A stretch of 32,000 bases of DNA from a cyanobacterium endosymbiont of Epithemia turgida isolate EtSB Lake Yunoko (lineage in GTDB: Bacteria > Cyanobacteriota > Cyanobacteriia > Cyanobacteriales > Microcystaceae), in contig NZ_AP012549.1 of NCBI RefSeq assembly GCF_000829235.1, positions 1-32,000 on the forward strand, read 5' to 3'. Both the position numbers and the translations under genes were made by a program. Under the pieces are notes generated by a model, which searched no databases, was not told the origin of the DNA, and was given only the letters and a program-made list of their open reading frames with translations. Positions 11,825-20,414 of the stretch are shown here, piece after piece. How positions within the stretch are numbered: the stretch's first letter is position 1; every line of letters begins with the position of its first letter.

Positions 11825-11861
11825 TCAGTTGTTCTCCTGTGATTTTATTCTTTATGTTTTG

Positions 11862-11900
11862 ATTTATAGCCTTAAAGGTGATACCTTTAAGGCTATAAAT
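11862..11900. promoter_or_regulatory. 18-bp perfect hairpin in the acnB 5' leader / promoter region
   Basis: atttatagccttaaaggt / gat / acctttaaggctataaat, located 38-76 nt upstream of the acnB ATG. Confidence 0.5.
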
Positions 11901-12914
11901 TTTATTCTGTTACAATATAGATAGTGTTATTGAAAATCTTATAAAGCTAAGCTATATTTTTTTGCAATTTGATAAAATTGAGATGTTTAATTATACTTTT
12001 TTTAGTAACCTCTTATAGTTTTATACAATATTTTTTTATTTATTAGATAATGGTAAGTTTAATTATTTATAGTTAACTAAGCTATATTTTTTATGTTAAA
12101 TATTAATTAATCTACTCTTGGATAGAGTATTAATATACGTTTAAATAAAAAATATATCTTTGTTTTAAACAACATCAAACTTTTAAAAATCTATTTTTTT
12201 TTCAATTTTACTATTTCTGTAGTTAAATTACTCTTAATATAAATCTTATACTAAGTAATTCTAAATAAATATTTATAATACTGGATATCTAATTATATTA
12301 AAAAGTAAAAGTCATATTAATTAAGCATTCATAGTAATTTAATAATCAAAATATTAACAATTTACTTATTTTTTTAGATTTTTTTATAAAAATAATTTAT
12401 TTAAATTTAACTTTTTTAATATACTTATCAAGTAAATTTTTTATAGTATTCTGGTGTAACAGATAAATATTAATCATGTCTAATTGTTGTAAAGATTAAC
12501 TCAAAATAGACTTGACTTGTCTTGAGTAAAAACTGTTAAATTCAAACATAAAATTGTACCTATAAATTTTATAAAAGTAGAAATAAGAACAAATAACAAT
12601 ATAACTATTTAAAGAAGAAATAAGCCTACGAGTTATATGTTATAAATAACTAGGGATAGACTAGAGAAAAATGACTCAATAATGTAAAACAAAAACTTGG
12701 TCTATAAAATAACTGAGGAATTTAGTAAAGCTTTCTGTGAAGAGTCAAAACACTGCACTAGTCACAACTATAAGCTAGTTAATAAAAACATTAAGTTGCT
12801 GCAGTATTTCACTTACTGATTACCTTTTGGGAGGTATTTATATATAATTGACTCGATTCGTTTTTTATGTGCGCTCCCGATTATTATGGCGTAGATTATC
12901 TTATTTATCTATAG

Positions 12915-13437
12915 ATGGAAGAAAATATTCATAAATTAAACCGTAATCGTGCTGTGGAACAGTGACAGAACTTCTATCAAATCATAAAATATTTGGCAAT
13001 CGTCAATCTGATGACTCCCGAAAAAGGTCAGACAGATATACTATTTACCGCTAATTTAGGGTTGTTTTTAGGGGACAATGTTATTCCAAGTCGATTTTAC
13101 CACAAAGAACACCAAGGAGAAGACCTCTACTTCAAAAAATAGTTCGAGGAAAATGGTTTCACCGTCTACGGAATATCCGAGCATTTTCCCTTTGAAGGGA
13201 CATGGGTTTCGATATGAACTCGACTTATACTCTATGGTTGAAGACAGAAGTCCTCTCCCTACACTTGATCGACGAGTGATTCTCCCATCTGGACACTTGT
13301 TTTTGTCCTCTCAGTGGTGGTTAGTTGATATATTATCCCCTTCCTCCTTACTCGAATCGCCTCCTTTGTCTTTAACAAAATTTCTTAAAGCGGGGGCGGC
13401 TAAATGTTTGACCCTAAGAGTGTCAGAATTGTACTAG
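12915..13437 (+). pseudogene. Amidinotransferase / DDAH-like (pentein superfamily) pseudogene with internal deletion
   Basis: Reading across three frames:
- MEENIHKLNRNRAVEQ*QNFYQIIKYL..MTPEKGQTDILFTANLGLFLGDNVIPSRFYHKEHQGEDLYFKK*FEENGFTVYGISEHFPFEG
- GHGFRYELD
- FSHLDTCFCPLSGG*LIYYP (13280-13333)
- C-terminal TKFLKAGAAKCLTLRV, containing the catalytic-Cys motif
Trp codons have become TGA/TAG. There are at least 2 frameshifts. Only ~520 bp remain of a gene expected at ~800-900 bp. Confidence 0.78.
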
Positions 13438-13443
13438 ACTACG

Positions 13444-13473
13444 TTTACGCTAACTGCCTTTACGCTAACTACC
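13444..13473. repeat. 15-bp tandem duplication (tttacgctaactgcc / tttacgctaactacc)
   Basis: Direct reading. One mismatch between the copies. Confidence 0.9.
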
Positions 13474-14010
13474 TTATTGACAACCGTATTATCCAACTGC
13501 AAAACTATTTTTTCGATGCAGGGGTGATTAATAACGCCATCGACCAAATTGTGTCAAATTGGGGCAGCTTCAAGATTTTTAACTTTAATTTAGGAATATA
13601 ACGCTGAATTGTAAAGGCATTAAATACGGGTTAAAAGTAGTAAAGTGACAGTAAACTTAGGTGCTGCGGTAATTTGTAATTTTTTAAAATCAATACATCT
13701 TTTTTTAGCAAATAAAGGCTATATTTGCACTTTTTTGTCGTAAATACGATAGCTGTTCATGATATTAAATAAGCTGGTAACTCCTTTAGGGGTTGATATA
13801 AAACGGGTAGTTTCTGTAAGTGAAGGACATCGATGTTACACTCCACTGGAGTTAGTACAATGGCTCCAGCGGGAGTCAAAAAAGTTCGTGTGGAGGTTAA
13901 TCCTGCTATAGTGACTTAATTGTGTGATAGCGGTTCCGTAGCACCAGTAGATATTCTCAGTAAGGATAAAGAGTCGATTTATATTTTAATTAACATCTAT
14001 TAGTGTAATT

Positions 14011-14046
14011 ATTTTTTAGAATTAAAATAATTTAATTCTAAAAAAT
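14011..14046. repeat. 16-bp perfect inverted repeat with a 4-nt loop
   Basis: attttttagaattaaa / ataa / tttaattctaaaaaat. Confidence 0.9.
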
Positions 14047-14259
14047 AGAACTTTAAGCTTAGTCTATTTTTATTTATTAGAGTATTTAGTTATCTGCTGA
14101 GTATATTTTTGTGGGTAAATTCTAGTTGAATTAGTATAGTAGAATTATTCTATCTATTTTTAAGGCAGTATTGATTTTAAAACTTGGTTTAAAAATATTA
14201 AATTTTAAGAAAAAAATCTAATATAATAGAACTAAAATCTAATATAAAATCAAGAAAAA

Positions 14260-14303
14260 TTTTATATATAAATATTATTATTCAATGATATTTATATATA
14301 AAA
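14260..14303. repeat. 16-bp perfect inverted repeat with a 12-nt spacer (low-complexity TA-rich)
   Basis: ttttatatataaatat (14260-14275) and atatttatatataaaa (14288-14303). Confidence 0.8.
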
Positions 14304-14773
14304 AAAAAATAAGATTAGCACATAAATTTATTTTACTGCAGAATAAATTTCAATAAAAATGAGAAATCAACTTTTTTTTAAGGAACTAAAAATTATAGAT
14401 ATATATTATATCTATATCAAGGTCAATAAACTCATCTATTTTAATCATGCCTATTTAATTATCTTTAACCTCAAAAAGTTCAATTCAAATATAATCAATA
14501 CCATGTAATCTCAATGGTATAAATCAGAGATGAATAGATATTGATAGACAAATATATTGGTTTAGAGTTTTGTTAAAAACAGCAATTTTAATCATATTAC
14601 TTTATAAAAAATATTCCAAATTAGCTTTTTTAAAAAACATCAATAACAATAAATTATATTAGGTATTTCAAAATTATTAGAATCAGTATATCTTAAATAT
14701 TTAATAAAAAAATAAATAATGAATTAATCTTAATATTTAGCTTCAAAAACTACAATATTATTTATTAAAACAA

Positions 14774-14832
14774 AAATATAAATAAAATTCTAAGTTTAGA
14801 GTGTATCTAAACTTAGAATTTTATTTATATTT
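14774..14832. repeat. Perfect 27-bp-stem palindrome with a 5-nt loop
   Basis: aaatataaataaaattctaagtttaga / gtgta / tctaaacttagaattttatttatattt. Checked base by base. Confidence 0.95.
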
Positions 14833-14980
14833 ATAATACAAGAAACCTGATGATAACTATAGTATTTTTTATGAAGTAAAAACTAGAATAAACTTGTATA
14901 GCCTATTAGTAAACTTTGAGGATTATCCATCCATGAACCAAAACAGCGTTAAACTGACAAAGCGTTTGTCTAGTTCAATG

Positions 14981-15033
14981 AAAAAATTTTTAATTGTACC
15001 AAAAATTAAAATTGGTACAATTAAAAATTTTTT
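14981..15033. repeat. Perfect 22-bp inverted repeat with a 9-nt spacer
   Basis: aaaaaatttttaattgtaccaa / aaattaaaa / ttggtacaattaaaaatttttt. Confidence 0.95.
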
Positions 15034-15237
15034 TGAGATTAAATAAAGATTGTTGGGATCTTGTGGTGTCAACTACCTTAGTTAATTTTGACCACTGTAT
15101 CACCGTGTCACTGCATGACTTCATCAGTCTGTTACCCTCTGGCCCTTTCCAAGTCAATCCTAAAATGCGATAAAGTTAGCAGGATGAAACGTTTATTTTA
15201 AAACTGGAGTCCATTTTAATCAGGAGATTAAAATAAG

Positions 15238-15354
15238 ATGCTAATCCTAAAAATTGCAGTTTATATAGTCGTTGCTTTATTCATTTCTCTGTTTGTCTTC
15301 AGTTTTCTATCGAGTGACTAAACTCGTAACCCTAGACGGAAAGATTTTGAGTAA
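15238..15354 (+). pseudogene. psbI: Photosystem II reaction-centre protein I (PsbI) gene with an in-frame TAA replacing codon 28
   Basis: An AGGAG sits about 11 nt upstream of ATG 15238. Translation is [37 protein letters not shown]. From memory, cyanobacterial PsbI reads [38 protein letters not shown]. The TAA at 15319-15321 sits where the conserved Pro codon should be. Confidence 0.88.
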
Positions 15355-15466
15355 GCATAATTTGACTGTGTTAACTTAGGTGATTAAGACGACAGGGGCG
15401 AGGTACGGCTCGTCCCGAGCGTTCTTCTGCTGAGTCACGCTGCAGGTAGCAATTGACCCCTTAAGC

Positions 15467-18019
15467 TTGATTTTTATCGAAAAGATGCCCCCATTCGTTC
15501 CGCCACCTAATCCGCCCGCACTAATCCAACCTATAGCCCTTGACCCTCAAGGCAATTGCCTGGAGATTCTGAATAAAGGATTGTCCACTCACACCATCCT
15601 TGGAAAACGTCCCCCCCTTATTTCTCAGATCCCAATTTTGATGCTCGAACCTCCATCATTAGAGTCGTCTGAAAAAATCCCAGCGACAAAACCCCCTGGA
15701 GTTATTGAATTTTATCTGTCTGACCCCAAAGAAATTACCACTAAGTCTTTACCCCCTAATTCTTCATCTGAAGACAATAGTGCTAGGACATTAGGGAATC
15801 CGATTTCTGTCGGTCAACCGTCTTCAACAAAAAGCACATCAACAATGATTAATCCAGTTCCTAACCTGGTCTTTGGGCTCAATCAACGTCATGACAGCTT
15901 CTCAAATACAGTCCATCGTCTCGTTACTCGTAAACGAAGAGGGCCAATACAAGAATTTAAGCTCCTAACCTCTTCTACACCTAAAGGACAAGAAACCTCT
16001 ATAAGTCAACAAACATTGGAAATTATTCCTGAATCCTCACCGGAACTAGATACCGCTTCAATCCCAGAAGAAGCCATAGGGGTAGTGGAATTGATTGCTG
16101 ATCGTCAAGAATATGATTCTAAACAAGAGGTAGTCTACGCCGAAGGCAATGTGGTCATGCGCTTTGCTAATGGAGTTCTATTAGCAAAGCGCATGCGCGT
16201 TAATCTCCCCGATCAATTTGTTGTTGCCGAGGGAGAAGTAGTACTAGAACGAGGAGAACAAACCCTACGCGGAGAAAAGTTTGAGTATTATTTTGTGCAA
16301 GATCAAGGGGTGGTCTTCAACGCTAATGGGGAGATTTATCAACCTACAACAGGAAAAGACTTTTCGCCAAGATTACCCAACGATTCTACTAACGATCTTA
16401 TTCCCAACCAAACTTTAAATGAACGCTTAGCGGTAAATCAGCCTCTACAACGAATCACTACTACTGAAGGGTTTCGTTTCGGAACTTCCTTTGATTTTGG
16501 AAAGGAAGCCTTAGGACTGGGAAGTGATGTTCCTAATCTACCAGCGACCCAAGTGCCGCCTAAAGGAGGACAAATCAATCGTATCCGCTTCCAGTCTGAA
16601 CGAATGGAATTTGATGGAGATGGATGGAGTGCCACGAATGCTCGTTTAACTAATGATCCCTTCTCCCCCCCTGAGTTAGAAATTCGAGCAGAAACAGCAA
16701 CATTTCGCAATATTGCTCCCTTGGTAGATGAGGTAAAATTGACTAATTCGCGAGTGGTGCTTGATCAAACAAATTCCTTTCCCACCCAAGATCGGTTGAT
16801 TTTAGATCGGCGTGATCGCCAACCTGGGGTAATTTCTTTTGGTTATGATGACCGAGATCGCGGAGGATTGTATGTGGAACGAGGCTTTAATATAGTTGAT
16901 GATGATATGGTTAGTTGGGAACTTAAGCCCCAATATTACATCCAAAAAGGATTATTTCCTGACAGTATTACTACAGACAATCCCAATACTGATCTCTTTG
17001 ATGCAGACACAGACGACATTGATGCTATTAGTCCCCCAACATTCGGACTTATCAACAGAGTTGAGGCTAACTTTAGTAAGAACACTAAATTATTTTCCCG
17101 AACCTCACTGACGAGTCTAGATTTTAATAACCGCACTGAAGAACATATCCGAACAAAAACCTATTTTGAACAGAAGGTTCCCTTGTTCAGTATGGATAAT
17201 GATTTGCGATTTGAATATAATTATCGTGAACGTCTTTTTAATGGCTCCTTGGGTTTCCAAACTGTCCGGGATAGTTTGGGGTTGCTTTTCGTGTCTCCTC
17301 AAATTCCTCTTGATCAGAAAGGGTTACTGCGGCTGAGTTATCAGGCATCTCTGCAAAATGTTAATGCCGACACGGATCAACCAGAGTTACTCGCCCCAAT
17401 TCGAGAAAATAATCGTGTTACCCTCTTTCGTACCCAAGGAGCCGCATCGGTAAGCCGACCCTTTATGTTATGGGTAGGGAAAGCCTTACCCCCAACTTCT
17501 AAAGAAGGGCTGCGTTACACTTCTACTCCTGTACTACCTTTTGTTCAACTTTCCACCAGTGTGACAGGAGTGGCCAGCCTCTATGGTAATGGTGATTCTC
17601 AACCTTCGATTTCAGGTAGTATTGGAGTCTCAGGACAATTGGGCAATTTTTCCCGCCCCTTTTTCGATTATACAGGGTTTAATCTTTCTTTTAGTCAGGC
17701 ATTGCGCGGAGATCCTTCTCCATTTTTATTCGATCGTTTTGCCGATCTCAAAACCATCTCTTGGGCATTAACCCAACAGCTATATGGACCTGTACGCTTT
17801 GGGGTTCAAAGCGCCTTAAATATCGATACTGATGATGAAATTAACACGGATTTATTCCTTGAATATAGTCGCCGTACCTACAATATTCTCCTACGTTATA
17901 ATAGCCGTCTTCAAGTAGGTTCTATCAGTTTACGAATCAGCGACTTTAATTGGAGTGGTGATCCAGGTCCATTTGACGGGACGGGAATTCGTCCAGTTAT
18001 TCAAGGAGTTCCCCGCTAA
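15467..18019 (+). CDS. lptD: LptD/OstA-like LPS-assembly outer-membrane protein (cyanobacterial long form); start codon uncertain
   Basis: 850-codon ORF. Contains an OstA-N-type repeat block VELIADRQEYDSKQEVVYAEGNVVMRFANGVLLAKRMRVNLPDQFVVAEGEVVLERGEQTLRGEKFEYYF. This follows a Pro/Ser-rich N-terminal region and precedes a long beta-rich C-terminal domain. Candidate starts are TTG 15467 or ATG 15485; neither has a clear RBS. No signal peptide is visible (see findings). Confidence 0.65.
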   Translation: MIFIEKMPPFVPPPNPPALIQPIALDPQGNCLEILNKGLSTHTILGKRPPLISQIPILMLEPPSLESSEKIPATKPPGVIEFYLSDPKEITTKSLPPNSSSEDNSARTLGNPISVGQPSSTKSTSTMINPVPNLVFGLNQRHDSFSNTVHRLVTRKRRGPIQEFKLLTSSTPKGQETSISQQTLEIIPESSPELDTASIPEEAIGVVELIADRQEYDSKQEVVYAEGNVVMRFANGVLLAKRMRVNLPDQFVVAEGEVVLERGEQTLRGEKFEYYFVQDQGVVFNANGEIYQPTTGKDFSPRLPNDSTNDLIPNQTLNERLAVNQPLQRITTTEGFRFGTSFDFGKEALGLGSDVPNLPATQVPPKGGQINRIRFQSERMEFDGDGWSATNARLTNDPFSPPELEIRAETATFRNIAPLVDEVKLTNSRVVLDQTNSFPTQDRLILDRRDRQPGVISFGYDDRDRGGLYVERGFNIVDDDMVSWELKPQYYIQKGLFPDSITTDNPNTDLFDADTDDIDAISPPTFGLINRVEANFSKNTKLFSRTSLTSLDFNNRTEEHIRTKTYFEQKVPLFSMDNDLRFEYNYRERLFNGSLGFQTVRDSLGLLFVSPQIPLDQKGLLRLSYQASLQNVNADTDQPELLAPIRENNRVTLFRTQGAASVSRPFMLWVGKALPPTSKEGLRYTSTPVLPFVQLSTSVTGVASLYGNGDSQPSISGSIGVSGQLGNFSRPFFDYTGFNLSFSQALRGDPSPFLFDRFADLKTISWALTQQLYGPVRFGVQSALNIDTDDEINTDLFLEYSRRTYNILLRYNSRLQVGSISLRISDFNWSGDPGPFDGTGIRPVIQGVPR

Positions 18020-18336
18020 TACTTTCCACCTTCAGTGTATTTATGATGATCAAAAAGTTTTGTCCTGACATTTTTCTAAAGGTGCTGTGTCTAAATCAAA
18101 TTATGTCAAGCTCAGCATCTCAACTTAATTTATAGCTATAGCATCAAATGCTCAACTAAGTTTAATCAATGTAATCAATGAAATTCTAACTTGAGAAGGA
18201 CTCAACATTACCGATTATCAGATTTAAAATGAGATAGGATCGGAATTAGTATCAATATTTATGTGAGTTAAGGTCTACACGATCTAAGATGAGATACCCG
18301 GGTGGACATTGCCCACTACCCTACTATGTATGCTAT

Positions 18337-19221
18337 TTATCTTGTTAATTCTTGAAAAGGAACAGCTTTCCGTTTCAAAGTCCTCATGGCTCGATTGTTT
18401 AATTGTCGTACTCTTTTATAGCTTAACCCGCATTGTTGTCCAATTTCTTTATAACTCATTCGTCTTCCATTTTGTAAACCATAGCGTAAAGTAATAATTT
18501 CTCTTTGACTAGGAGGTAAATTGTTTAATAATTCACCAATTTTTGATTCTAGTTCTTGTTGATATACAAAATCATTTGGTGATCTTGTTTCATCGGGTAG
18601 AATATCTTCTAACTCTGTATTATGTTCGTCTAGAACAATGTTTAAGCTATGAGAGTTCGTTTTATAAACAGCTTGGCTGATAGTTCGTAGTTTCTCTAGA
18701 GTAATTTTTAGCTTTTGAGCCATTTCTTCTTCGGTAGGTTTCCGTCCTAATTCTACGGAAAGTTCCCGTAGTATTTTTTTGATTTTATTAAAACTATCGG
18801 TTACATGAATGGGAAGACGAATGGTTCGTGCTTGTTGAGCAATCGCTCGTGTAATAGCTTGACGAATCCACCAATAAGCATAGGTAGAAAACTTATAACC
18901 GCGATCAGGATCAAATTTCCCAACCCCTTGTATTAACCCAATACTTCCTTCTTGAACTAAATCTAATAAAGATAATCCACGGTTTTGATACTTTTTAGCG
19001 ATAGAAACTACTAAACGCAAATTGGCTTTAAGCATTTTTTGCTTAGCTTGTTCTCCTCGCTTGACTATTTTTTGTTCTTCCGTAGTTAATTTTTCTTTAT
19101 CTAAAAAAGAAACCATTTCTTTTACCTGAGAAGCAAGGTTAAATTCCTCTTCAGGACTTAGCAAAGGAGTTCGTCCAATTTCTTGCAAATAAGTACGGGT
19201 GCTGTCAATTGATTTAGGCAT
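18337..19221 (-). CDS. RNA polymerase sigma-70 family factor, group-2-like
   Basis: 294 aa. Regions 2-4 are present: [57 protein letters not shown]-terminal HTH: [29 protein letters not shown]. Confidence 0.9.
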   Translation of the reverse strand: MPKSIDSTRTYLQEIGRTPLLSPEEEFNLASQVKEMVSFLDKEKLTTEEQKIVKRGEQAKQKMLKANLRLVVSIAKKYQNRGLSLLDLVQEGSIGLIQGVGKFDPDRGYKFSTYAYWWIRQAITRAIAQQARTIRLPIHVTDSFNKIKKILRELSVELGRKPTEEEMAQKLKITLEKLRTISQAVYKTNSHSLNIVLDEHNTELEDILPDETRSPNDFVYQQELESKIGELLNNLPPSQREIITLRYGLQNGRRMSYKEIGQQCGLSYKRVRQLNNRAMRTLKRKAVPFQELTR

Positions 19222-19634
19222 TTTATGGTTAATTTATTTAGGATATGTCATAAAATATCAAGTCTGATACCCGAGGAGTAAATTTTATTTTAGAGATTAA
19301 AGTAATTCCTATTTTATTAGCTAAATAATTGATGATAATATATATTTTCTTGAGTCACTTTAAATCGTTTTTGTCTTCCCAACTTATTATTGAGTAATGT
19401 TTATCTCGAAGATTAAATTTTAAAATTTAAATCAAGCCTTTGGGGTAACTGCTCGGCCTTACGTTAACTTAATTCTTGTATTAATTTAACTATATACATA
19501 TAAATTAGCAATTTTTTAATGTTTTGTCCATTTGTACAGTAGTCAAAGAGAATATCCTTAATTTTTGTCCAAATATTATCCTTTTTTATTTACTCTCCAA
19601 CAATAACAAAGTAGAGGTTGGATTATATTTTCTC

Positions 19635-20414
19635 TTATTGAAATCGGATTAGTTGAATCCGATAACGTTGTTTTTTAGTAAAAGTAACTTCCCCGACTTC
19701 TAAACGTCCTTTACCTCGGACGGCAATTAAATCCCCAGATTCAACAGTATGACTTGTCTGAGTAATGTCTTTCCAATTAACTCGTACATCTCCCGAATTA
19801 ATTGCATTAGCCATTTTACTACGAGACATCCCAAAACCTGCTGAGGCGATCGCATCTAAGCGCATAGATGCTTCTACAGTAGTCATTTTCTTGGTTTTAG
19901 GAGAATGGATTTTTAATTCATTTAATGTTATTAATTGGGTTTTCACCGGAACTGAACGCACCTGAACAAGGGAAATTTCAAGAAATTTCCCTTGTTCAGG
20001 AACTACTATTACCTGCGCTCCCCGTTCTTCTAGCACTATGATATCTCCAACCTTTTCGTGGACGATTCCTGTTCCTAAAATTGCCCCTAAGAAGTCTCGA
20101 TGGTTAGCAGGATCAAATAGAAAGTTTCCAGCAATACACAAAGCAGCTAGTGGAATTTCGGAAACATCCAGAGAAATTTCAGAACGAGCTATACTCACTC
20201 GTTGCCGTTCTGCTTGAGGATAGCCTCCCCATGCCACAATTTCAACTTCAGCTAATCTTTGAAATAGTCCTTGAACTTCAACGATGGCAGGAGGACAAAG
20301 AAAGTCACTGACTACGATTTCCCAAGTTTTTAAGGCTATTTCCGCTTGATCAAGAATACGGGCAATCGCTTCTCGATTTTTAATTCCTTTTAACAATTTT
20401 TCTTTAGGTAACAT
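19635..20414 (-). CDS. YlmH-like RNA-binding S4-domain protein (the family annotated as 'photosystem II S4 domain protein' in cyanobacteria)
   Basis: 259 aa. N-terminus resembles YlmH (ILDQAEIALKTWEIVVSDFLCPP...AWGGYPQAERQRV). C-terminal S4 domain: MRLDAIASAGFGMSRSKMANAINSGDVRVNWKDIT..ESGDLIAVRGKGRLEV. Confidence 0.8.
   Translation of the reverse strand: MLPKEKLLKGIKNREAIARILDQAEIALKTWEIVVSDFLCPPAIVEVQGLFQRLAEVEIVAWGGYPQAERQRVSIARSEISLDVSEIPLAALCIAGNFLFDPANHRDFLGAILGTGIVHEKVGDIIVLEERGAQVIVVPEQGKFLEISLVQVRSVPVKTQLITLNELKIHSPKTKKMTTVEASMRLDAIASAGFGMSRSKMANAINSGDVRVNWKDITQTSHTVESGDLIAVRGKGRLEVGEVTFTKKQRYRIQLIRFQ

Noticed and set aside
13078-13601. ORF-track entries 13078..13437 (119 aa) and 13404..13601 (65 aa) as genes
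   Set aside because: The first is just one frame through the frameshifted amidinotransferase relic; only its last ~20 residues (TKFLKAGAAKCLTLRV) are authentic protein sequence. The second has no recognisable signal and overlaps a 15-bp duplication.
15431-15433. TGA reassigned to Trp (genetic code 4-like), suggested by TGA at Trp positions in relics, the in-frame TGA before lptD, and 0 of 11 visible stop codons being TGA (8 TAA, 3 TAG)
   Set aside because: All intact genes encode their many Trp residues with TGG and contain no internal TGA under the standard code. The relics carry TAA and TAG as often as TGA. Zero TGA stops out of 11 is not significant in an AT-rich genome. W->TGA/TAG is simply the expected G->A decay.
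15388-15460. GC-rich island (46/73 G+C) with an 8-bp stem (ggggcgag-gtacgg-ctcgtccc) as a small structured RNA or tRNA fragment
   Set aside because: No tRNA features (no T-loop GTTCRANYC, no cloverleaf) and no match to an RNA family I recognise. The island is contiguous and in frame with the GC/Pro-rich 5' end of lptD, so former or current coding sequence is the simpler reading (see finding). An ncRNA is not excluded.
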